Under the pieces are notes generated by a model. That model saw nothing but the letters and a program-made list of their open reading frames with translations, did not search any database and was not told where the DNA came from. Positions 54,351-64,000 of a stretch of 64,000 nt of DNA are shown piece by piece (positions within the stretch are counted from its first letter, which is position 1; the number at the start of each line of letters is the position of its first letter). The stretch is from Felis catus (lineage: Eukaryota): contig NC_058383.1 of the NCBI RefSeq assembly GCF_018350175.1, positions 21,392,001 through 21,456,000 of the forward strand. Reading direction: 5' to 3'. Position numbers and translations under genes: made by a program.

Positions 54351-55744
54351 TGGCACAAAAACAGACACATAGACCAATGGAACAGAATAGAAACCCCAGA
54401 ACTAGACCCACAAACGTATGGCCAACTCATCTTTGACAAAGCAGGAAAGAACATCCAATGGAAAAAAGACAGCCTCTTTAACAAATGGTGCTGGGAGAAC
54501 TGGACAGCAACATGCAGAAGGTTGAAACTAGACCACTTTCTCACACCATTCACAAAAATAAACTCAAAATGGATAAAGGACCTAAATGTGAGACAGGAAA
54601 CCATCAAAACCTTAGAGGAGAAAGCAGGAAAAGACCTCTCTGACCTCAGCCGTAGCAATCTCTTACTCGACACATCCCCAAAGGCAAGGGAATTAAAAGC
54701 AAAAGTGAATTACTGGGACCTTATAAAGATAAAAAGCTTCTGCACAGCAAAGGAAACAACCAACAAAACTAAAAGGCAACCAACGGAATGGGAAAAGATA
54801 TTCGCAAATGACATATCGGACAAAGGGCTAGTATCCAAAATCTATAAAGAGCTCACCAAACTCCACACCCGAAAAACAAATAACCCAGTGAAGCAATGGG
54901 CAGAAAACATGAATAGACACTTCTCTAAAGAAGACATCCGGATGGCCAACAGGCACATGAAAAGATGTTCAGCGTCGCTCCTTATCAGGGAAATACAAAT
55001 CAAAACCACACTCAGGTATCACCTCACGCCAGTCAGAGTGGCCAAAATGAACAAATCAGGAGACTATAGATGCTGGAGAGGATGTGGAGAAACGGGAACC
55101 CTCTTGCACTGTTGGTGGGAATGCAAATTGGTGCAGCCGCTCTGGAAAGCAGTGTGGAGGTTCCTCAGAAAATTAAAAATAGACCTACCCTATGACCCAG
55201 CAATAGCACTGTTAGGAATTTATCCAAGGGATACAGGAGTACTGATGCATAGGGCCACTTGTACCCCAATGTTCATAGCAGCACTCTCAACAATAGCCAA
55301 ATTATGGGAAGAGCCTAAATGTCCATCAACTGATGAATGGATAAAGAAATTGTGGTTTATATACACAATGGAATATTACGTGGCAATGAGAAAAAATGAA
55401 ATATGGCCTTTTGTAGCAACGTGGATAGAACTGGAGAGTGTGATGCTAAGTGAAATAAGCCATACAGAGAAAGACAGATACCATATGGTTTCACTCTTAT
55501 GTGGATCCTGAGAAACTTAACAGGAACCCATGGGGGAGGGGAAGGAAAAAAAAAAAAAGAGGTTAGAGTGGGAGAGAGCCAAAGCATAAGAGACTGTTAA
55601 AAACTGAGAACAAACTGAGGGTTGATGGGGGGTGGGAGGGAGGAGAGGGTGGGTGATGGGTATTGAGGAGGGCACCTTTTGGGATGAGCACTGGGTGTTG
55701 TATGGAAACCAATTTGTCAATAAATTTCATATTAAAAAAAAAAA
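54351..55744 (+). mobile_element. Young felid LINE-1, 5'-truncated, with an open ORF2 C-terminal frame; inserted in the TRIP11 retrocopy
   Basis: ORF 54342..55511 contains the Cys-rich motif [18 protein letters not shown]; poly(A) tail. 12-bp TSD AAGATGATGCCC at 54339-54350 and 55745-55756. Confidence 0.97.
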
Positions 55745-58354
55745 AAGATGATGCCCACCCCCATCCGTTTCCAGTCCAGGTGGGTTAATAAGAGACACAG
55801 CAGTGGCCGTGGCTTGGGAAATCCCATCTGTGTTTCTGGGTGTGGATCCAAGGGTAGTTTTAAGACATGGTGGTACTTTTTCTAAAGCCAGTGCTCAGTC
55901 CTGCTGAGTCTGGAGGCTTCATGTCATGAGCAGGGAGCTTGGGCGGTGGGTGGAAAAGCTAATTGAGGTTCTGTTTTTAGAATTTTTACCAAAAGTCCTG
56001 GAAAAGAGTTACCGGGCGTGGATTGGTGATTCGGTTTCACAGGTGCGTTGGGGGCACCTTTGGGTCCAAACCACCCAGTCATCCATCCGGTGACACCACC
56101 TTGTTCCTCATTTCTTCCTCTTTGATACCCAGGCTGCATCCCATCAGCCATAAAGCTTCACGACGTCTGTGTTCCTGTGCTTGAACATATCCAGTTAAGA
56201 GTTTCCTTATCAGGATTCTATCCACCTCTCGGCGTCAGTGAGTTCATTAATTTCTTGTGCGCATCATCCGGTGCTTCCTGTTGGACCTCATTTTGCGTTT
56301 TGAATTCTTCAGTTTAGTCTTCCTTCGGATCCAAGACAGCATCCGCTTCGGTTAATTGTCCCTGCAGTGACATCAGTTTTCCTTGTAGGATGTCCGCTTT
56401 TTCCATCCATTCGGCTGCTTCCAGCTTTAGCTTAGCTAGTGCTCCAGAGTGCTGCTTTTTTCTTGTTCCTGGGAGGCAGAAAGCCAGAATACGCTTTCAT
56501 CTTTTTGCCTGGTGACCACGTGTAATTGCTCCTGCGGTGACGCTATCTGCAGACTGGCTCGATGGCTCGCATTGTCCATTGCGTTGGAAGACACAACTAG
56601 CTTCTCCTCCAATACCCTGGTCTTCTTTCTTAGTTTAGCCGCTCCGTGTTCTGTGGCCAAAGCACCGCGCTTACGAGAATCTTCGGATCCCAAAGCGTGG
56701 CGCTGTGATCTCTCCAGCTCCTGATTTAGGTGTCATTCTTCTTCACGTGGATGTTGGATCTCATTCTGGAGGGCACAGGTTTCCATTTCTTTGTTTCGGG
56801 GCCCACATGACTTCATCTCTCTTCCCGCTGCCACATCGCTGTCTTGTCCTGAATTGATGTAACTGCATTTACAAGCTGATGTAATTCCCCGGTCTTGCCC
56901 TGTTGTCTTTCAATAGCCCTTTCAAAGCAAGCACCTTCTGTTTCGTTGGAGCACGCTAGGATTCTTCCTCTCTCTGCACCATTAAAAGCTGCGTGTTTGT
57001 CTCTGGTAGTGCTTGATTTTGTGTCTCCCGTTCTCTAGACGTTTCCACTCTTGTTTCATTGTCCTGTTTTACTTTACACACGTCCATTTCAAAATTTGAT
57101 ATTCTCTCCTTCATTTTTGTTACTGCCTGCCTCCAAAGTTCCTTTTCACCCACTTCGCGGGTGAAATTCTCGTTCAGGGGAAGCAATTCATCACTTTTTC
57201 TGCTTTGGGAAAACAGGAGCTGTTTTTCCTGAAGTAAGTTTGGTAAAACATCTCGCTTCTCCTTGAGCTGCTTGATCTCCAAATCGGGGTGTTTGTGTTG
57301 TTTTCTTTCCAGTTCTGAAGGGGCAGCAGTCGAAGCAATCTCTGGTTATCGTCCTGGAGGGTTCTCATTGTGGCATCTTTTTTCCTGCATTGATTTTCTG
57401 AGCTCCTCTGCCTCCTAATGGAGCAATCGAGAAGCCTCACTTGATACGTCAGACTTCATTGCCTTGAGAGAGCCTGCTGACTCGGATGATTCGGGGGAGG
57501 GCTGGAACGAAAGGATGGCGAATTTCCCTGAAAGCAGATCCTTGCCATTGCAGAGCTCCGCGGTGCTAAGCTGCGTTTGTGTCAGTCCTGTCTCTGAATT
57601 TTTTTAGTTTGATTTCGTTCCCTTCGTGACTCTGGACCAGGCCAATACAGGTCATCTGTAGTCTAGGATTATTGTCACTGTGAGTTAGAACCCTCGGCTG
57701 AAGTTGTTGAAGATGTTTCTGAAGCTGGGGTGACTCCTGCTTCGTATTTCGTACCGAAGTCATCAGGTGCTATTTCCATTCTTCCATGATCTTAACCTGC
57801 TCTTTTAATTTGTCCCGTTCCTGTAGAAGCTCCTTGACCCCATCGATACTAACACCTGTAACCTCATCAGCAGTGCCGGATGTTTGCAAAATTGCCAATA
57901 AAGCCTGACATTTCTGCCTTAATGCATCCACTTCAATGTCTTTTTCTTGAATAACGTGTGATAAATTCTGAATCGTTTCTCTAAACACGTCCTGGTCGCT
58001 AGACTCAATTCTAGTGAATGTTTTCATCTTACGGTTTCATGAGATATGCTTCTTTGGCAACCATTCTATCTGTCATTTTGTGGTACTCTCTGTTCAGATT
58101 GCTGTTTTCCCTAGTTCTCCTGTAAGGCAGCTAATACTTGTTCTCTTTCCAAAGCATACCTTGCAATTGCTGCTGAAGGTTTGCCACATTCTGGTTGTAG
58201 GAAGCCGCAGACGTCCTGCTGGGGCGGTCCTCTATCTCCAAATCTTTTTGCCGGATAATCTGAGTTAGTTTACCAGTCTCATCTTTGGATAGGTGATCAA
58301 TCTGTTCAGTTAATCAGATGTTCTTTTCAGTGAGGAGTTTAATCTCCAATTCTT

Positions 58355-58376
58355 TTTTTTTTATGTTTTATTTATT
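58355..58376 (-). mobile_element. Tail-only (22 nt) retro-insertion resembling the Can-SINE 3' end
   Basis: AATAAATAAAACATAAAAAAAA (minus strand) between perfect 17-bp repeats TTTAATCTCCAATTCTT at 58338-58354 and 58377-58393. Confidence 0.75.
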
Positions 58377-61300
58377 TTTAATCTCCAATTCTTGGCCTTT
58401 TGTTCCTTTTACTTAATCTTTCAGTTTCAGCTTTAGATAAATCATGCTTTTCACTTCCGTTTTTCTACAGGAAGATGCTGAATCGTTGTTACTTGAAAAA
58501 CATCAGAATGTTTTGCAGGAATGTGCTGGGTTTTTTAAAGATCTGGGTTTTCATTTGCTCTATTGTGTTCTGCAAAATCTCAATCTCCTCATCTTTCGCT
58601 GAAAGGAGCTGAGCGTGTTGAACGTTCACTTGCTCACGCTGGTGTGTTAGATCATCTACCTTCCGTTTCTGGTCTTGTAAAGCACGAAGCCATTGCAGCT
58701 TAGCTTGGCGTTGATCCTCAATGATCTTTTGTTGTTGTTTGATTTCGTCTACCAGACAAACTCTTTCTACATTCAGCTGATACACCTCGGATTCTAGTTC
58801 CATGATACGGTCTTGCGTTTGCGGGTCGACCACAGGTACGGTTTGGCTGTGTTCTCTCAGACGCTCCAATTTGTCTTGCAGAAATTCATTTTCTTCTCTG
58901 GTGGATGCAAGACGAACGTCTTGCTCCTCCACGGTTTGCTGTAAAATTTCATTTTCTCTTACGACTTGGACGTACTTCTCTAATAGCTCCTGGAGCTCTG
59001 GCCTTCTTTCAAGTTTTTCGATGCAGATTTCTTTCTCTTTAATAAGTCGTGTCAATCGCTTATGCTCCTCCAGAGCAGAGGAGAGCATTTCCTTAGTTTC
59101 TCTATGGTCGGCATCCATCTGCTCAACACTCTTTTTGAGTTGTAGTATTTCATCGTCTTTCTCTTGACTGCGTTGAATTAAACACTCCTGCTCTAAGTGG
59201 GAGGAGGACTTAGACAAGTGATACGTGTTGGTCAGTTCTTTAATAGCTTGCTCATCCCTGGCTGTTTTCTCCAACAGCTTCTTTTCAGCCCGGCACAATT
59301 TTACTATTAACTGTCCTTTTTCTATTTTTAAGGCCCGCGTAATAGATTTTTTTTCCAGAGAATTCTTACGGTTACAGACAGTAGTTTCTTCCAGCCTACG
59401 TCTTACGTCTTCAAGCTCCAAAACCAACTTTCCATTTTCCACCTTGAGATTGAAAGCAGCTTTCTTTAAATTGCCATTCAGCTCTTCCATTTCTGAAAGG
59501 CTTTGCTGCAACTTTCTAACCGTCGTTTCCCTCCCTCGAAGTGAGTCATCTTCAACAGTATTGTCAGAGTCTTGATTAAGAGACTGTGCTGGCTCCTTCT
59601 CAGCTCTAGCAGATTCCTCCTCGTCTTGTGTAATATGTTCCTTAAGTTCAACGTTCTCCTTCGGGATGTTTAAATTATGTGTTTGCGACGGATCTGACCG
59701 ATGCAAATCATTAACAGCCAGTTGACTTTGAGGTGATTCTTCGTTTTGCGCATCTAACTCTTTAGCTGTGTCCATTTGCTCATCTTCAAATGGACAAGCT
59801 CTCTTTTCATCGTTGAGATCGTGTTCCACGTTGCCGTTGATGCCGTTGCCTTCATCTTGTGGTTCTGATAGCTGACCTGTCATCAAAACCCTGGGCTGTG
59901 TGGTTTGTTTCTGTCCATCGAACTCCCCCAGCTCTGCTGTTGGGAGTTCCTTCTCGGTCCTACCCTGAGTGGATTTTTGTCCGTCGGCCTCCAAGTCACA
60001 TCTTAAATGCTCTCCTTCTGAATCCAAATTCACACCTCCTGGAGCCGTACGTTCAATGACTTCCTGCTCATGGCTCACTTTCCAAAGTGCCAGTTGAAGT
60101 GCTTCCCGTCCTTGACCTAATGAGTTTCCTTGTTCTAAAACGTAGACTCGCTCTTCAAGTTTCAGATCGTCTCCAATGAGGTTGTCACCCTGGATTGAGC
60201 TACACCGTGGCGTCATCTCCTTTTCCGCATTGGACAGCACTTGCCGCAGTCCAGACACTTCTTCCACCGCTGTACTCTCCGGAAAGAATTCTTTCCTTTT
60301 CCGTCACTGTATCACTTTGCCTCAAAACGAAAGGCTGCGATTCACATTCTTCAATCCTCTCTTTCTTTTCCTCATGTATCCGGTCCCATTCTCTCCTTAA
60401 AGCGTCTCTCTCACTTTCTACCGAAGATAATTTGCTATTGATGTATTTGACGGTGTCCTCAAGTTCTTCAATTTTCCTGGTAGACTCCACTTTTTCAGTC
60501 TGTAGCACTTGAATGGTGTTTTGCATATCCTCAATGACAGACTCATCAGCTGCTCTGATTCCAGAGTCATCCTTCTCTAACAGATTTTCCAGTTCTTTGA
60601 TTCTTTTTCCATAGCCTTTTGACTTTTGATGGTACCTGCGACGTATTTCTGCCAGTGTCTGTTGATAGACATTCTGCAGTACTGCCTTTTCAAGTTGATG
60701 GTCATCAATTGCCTCCTTTCGATTCTGTTCAAGTTTCCTGATGGTAACCTGCAGTTTGTAGATTTCATTTTGCTCGCCGCTATTCGCTCCCGGTGTGAAG
60801 ACTGGGAAAAATGCTTCCAATGGCTAACTTCAGCCTCCAGTCTTAAAACTTCATTTGACAGTCTGTTTATTTCTTGTTGTGACCAAATTAGGTCAGCAAA
60901 GTCCAGGTCATCCCCCGGGAAGCTGAAGCAAAGCAGTCGATACCGTAACCCAAGGAAGGTGACGCTGTGGTTGATTGAAGGGCTGATTGGAGCTCCAGCA
61001 ACTGGTTCTTGAGCCCTATGTGTCTCACTTTAAGAAGTTTCATTTCTACCTCTTTCTGTTGTAGCTGATGTCGGTAGCTAAGAGTCTGCCGCTTTATTTG
61101 AAGCTCTGAGGCTTCATACTTCTCTTCCAGATGACTACAAAGACTTTTAAGTCTCTGATTCTCCGATCTTAAGGTTTCCCGACTCACTTCATTCTCTTTT
61201 TGTCAGAGTCAGGTCCTTCTCCCACCTTTTTGGTTCCCTCCATCCGCACATCTTTGATGACCTCCGAGATGTGGTCAGTGAAGGAAGCCACACTGCCACC

Positions 61301-62222
61301 CACTTGCTCTAGGGAATGGCCCAGGCCACCAAATGAAAAGGATATCGCTGTGGGTCACGGAACTGACCTGGTCCACTCTGCAAAAAGCGTCCAGTGCAGT
61401 CGGTCAATCCCGCTAAGTGTCTCCGAAGGAAGGCCTGCGCCAGGCTAATAATCAAAACACAATCAGGCGTTTCTAGGCAACGCCACACCGCACACGGGGC
61501 TGCTAGGGTCCGTGTCACCCATGCCCACGACCTCCCACCCCTTACCCTCCCCCCAATGCCCCGGGGGCCATCCCTGGCGGTCCCCATTGCGTGTGAGCAC
61601 CTTTGGTCAGAAAATGAGCCTCGCCCTCGACTTTCCCGCGAAGTCAGATCACAGTACACAGGGCTCTGTAGTTTGTGGTTTCCACGCAATGATTTCTTTT
61701 AATTGACATAAAACATACACAGTGACACGCACCCATCCACCTAGGAGCGTAGAGAAATGTCTAGAGCCGCACCTGGGCACACCCTAAGGTGGGCATCCGG
61801 AGGCTATCGCGTACCCAAACCCCCTCCTGTCTTCCTCCCCCCTCCCCCCCCCCCGCCCGTCCCCACCCCTGCCCGTAACGCCCCGGGCCAGCCCTGCGGG
61901 GACAGCGCGTCCCACGCCCGGGTGTGGCTGTTCCCTGCCGCCAAGACCGCGGGGTCACGCCGCTGGCGCCTGCCGCCCCCTCCCACCGGTGCGCGGCCTA
62001 GCCGGCCCGGGAGTCAAGAACGCGGGGGCGCTGGGACGCGGGGTTCCGCACGCTCAGCGGGGCGGCGTGGGGAGGGGAGAGGGGGCTGGTCCTTGGGGGC
62101 CAGGCCGCGCGCCGCGCCCGAGCCTGGCGCTCGTCTGCCAGCCCGGCCGCGCGCCTCCAGCGGGCGGCGCCGCTGGAAGTGACGCGTCGAGGGCGGAGCT
62201 CCGGCCCACAGCCGCCGACGCT

Positions 62223-62252
62223 GCCGCCGCCGCCGCCGCCGCCGCCGCCGCC
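62223..62252 (+). repeat. (GCC)10 trinucleotide repeat in the presumed ARHGAP17 5'UTR
   Basis: 30 nt of perfect GCC. Confidence 0.95.
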
Positions 62253-62340
62253 TCCTCCTCGGGGGGGAAGCGATGTAGCCACGCCAGGCCGTCCCCCGAG
62301 CTGCCCGGCCGGAGCCCCGCAGGCCGTCGCTGTCGCCGCC

Positions 62341-62393
62341 ATGAAGAAGCAGTTCAACCGCATGAAGCAGCTGGCCAACCAGACCGTGGGCAG
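62341..62393 (+). CDS. ARHGAP17: ARHGAP17 (RICH1/Nadrin, BAR-RhoGAP) coding exon 1, MKKQFNRMKQLANQTVG-R; the gene continues beyond the window
   Basis: Kozak gccgccATG, recognisable N-terminus, donor AG|GTGAGT. Adjacency to LCMT1 favours ARHGAP17 over its paralog ARHGAP44. Confidence 0.93.
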
Positions 62394-64000
62394 GTGAGTG
62401 AGCCGCGCCGGGCAGGCCGGGAGCGCGCGGGCCGGGGACCGAGGGTCGGGGTCGTGGCCCCGGGCCGGGACGGGCTGGCTGCCCCGCGGGGCCCCGCGCT
62501 CCGGCCCGGCCGCCCGCCCGCTCCGCGCCGGGTCCGCTGCGGGCCAGGGACGAGGGCTGCGCCACGCCGCGGCCTGGCTCCCAGCTCGGGCCGCCGCCCG
62601 AGCTCCCGGGAACAGCGGGGCGGGCCGGCCTCCCGGGACGCCCCCCGCGCGGGTCCCCGCCGCCCATTGTCCCGGCCCCGCTGAGCATCGTCCTCTGGGG
62701 TCTGGACCCAAGCTTTCCCCGGGCCTCTCCCCCTCTCCCGGGGCTTTGCCATGGGCGAAAACTCGGCTAACTGGTGTGCCCGAGGACGGGCGGGCGCGGT
62801 GCTCTGGGGGGCGGCATTCTCAGCCTTTCCGGGTCGCCTGGCCTCTGCCGACCGACCGTCCACCTCCAAGTGCCTGATGGCAGTAAATAAGCAAGGGGCG
62901 ATCAGAGCCCATCGGAGCCGTTTAGGGAGACTCAGGACTCCCTTGGAGGGACTTTGGAGGGTGTGCCGTCTCCCAACCGTGGCCCCTGTGGACGGACTGC
63001 TCAAGTTCTTGACCTGTAGACATTTGGAACCGGGAGGAAAGAATTGTGGAAAGGCCTTGGGCAAATGGAAAAACAAAAAGAGGGGGGGCTTTCAAAACAG
63101 CTTTTCTCACCTTTGATTGGGGAGCAAATCCTTCTCCAGGTTTCTCTGGTATCGCTTTAATGCTTGACAGGAAACGATCGATGATGAAATGACAGAAGAG
63201 ACCGGAGTTTGTAGTGGTTTTGAGAGCCTCTGGAGGTTGACTATCCTGTGCTGTGTTATCTGGGGTAAATCTTTCAAGGTCTTTCAGGGCAGTGAGCTGT
63301 CCTGTCCCTGCTGACTGTTTATTCTGAGAAGGGGTATGAAAGTGTGACTTTTTCATTGCTTTTTCTTCTTCTTTGTTTTCAACAGTTGAGTAAAAGGGGG
63401 AGTTTGGTTTGGCCAGAGCACGTGGGGACACTTCTTTTCTGTGTGTGTCTGAAAACGCTTTTACTTCCCCTTGAACTTTCTATATTTGCTTTTTACAGTT
63501 TCGTTTCCCCACCTAACTTTTTTGCTTAGTTTTGTTCAATTTCGTTGCTACCCCCACCCTGTTATCTTCGTGTGTGCTTATCCTGTTTCCAGAGTGGATC
63601 CCTGTCCCTACAGCCTAGCAGTGCCTACTTTTCTGTCATTTGTAGGAAAATGATAGAAATAACGAGTGCCAAGGGGAAGGCAGACGGAATAGTCGTGGGG
63701 CCCAAAGCTTCAAGCAGGCATTGGTGAATGAGTTACAAGATAACTCCTTAGCAGTTTTCTCTCCCCCCACCCCCACCCCCCCAGCATTCTCAGTAACATG
63801 CATTGTGAAATCAGTATTTAGTGACTATCAAGACCCATCTGTCACATTGTCGTTCTGGCCAGTTTGTACATCTCACGAGGAAAGGGGCGTGTGCTCTTTT
63901 TGCACAAAGTTCTCAGACTTTTCAAGCTGTCACGCCACTCAGGGTCTCTTTGGCTCCGGCTTCCTCTGTAGCAGCTTCTCTCTTCACACTTGCGAATTAC

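Larger units (their letters stand above)
54090..61345 (-). pseudogene. TRIP11: Processed (intronless) TRIP11/GMAP-210 retrocopy with near full-length CDS and proximal 3'UTR; disabled; split by an L1 at 54351-55744
   Basis: Collinear TRIP11-like peptides with no introns: [42 protein letters not shown], a 592-aa coiled-coil ORF at 58489-60267, [40 protein letters not shown], and a KDLxKQ-like end, followed by AATAAA at 54110-54105. The start codon reads ATA (61345-61343), and there are several frameshifts and stops. Confidence 0.93.
61760..62880 (+). promoter_or_regulatory. ARHGAP17: ARHGAP17 CpG island / promoter with GC boxes and an overlapping ETS-CRE-like motif GGAAGTGACGC (62175-62185)
   Basis: Very high GC and CpG content around exon 1; motifs seen directly. 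Confidence 0.85.

Noticed and set aside
58489..60267. 592-aa coiled-coil ORF as an intact novel gene
   Set aside because: Internal fragment of the TRIP11 retrocopy with a non-ATG start and frameshifts on both sides.
61757..63116. Several long overlapping ORFs (220-240 aa) on both strands
   Set aside because: Low-complexity Arg/Pro/Gly/Ala frames caused by stop-codon scarcity in the CpG island; only the 53-nt ARHGAP17 exon is supported.

Overview
Felid (cat-like) genomic DNA, judged from the dense Can-SINE/SINEC_Fc and felid-type L1 content. The window holds the complete LCMT1 gene on the minus strand: 11 coding exons, CDS 50378 to 9480, 999 nt, 332 aa, with two non-canonical GC-AG introns. 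Exon 1 and the CpG-island promoter of ARHGAP17 lie on the plus strand (ATG 62341), divergent from LCMT1. Between them is a near full-length, intronless, disabled TRIP11 (GMAP-210) retrocopy (about 54090-61345, minus), head-to-head with ARHGAP17 and split by a young L1 insertion. The most unusual observation is two independent young ~1.4-kb L1 insertions, 54 kb apart and with different target-site duplications (TSDs), that are 5'-truncated at the same nucleotide of ORF2. Other points of note are signs of ORF-preserving evolution in the TRIP11 retrocopy, a four-level nested transposon cluster built on an old twin-primed L1, a tail-only retro-insertion, uORFs in both 5'UTRs and a strong CTCF site. 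Gene and repeat-family names come from recalled sequences, not database searches; SINE and old-repeat boundaries are approximate.
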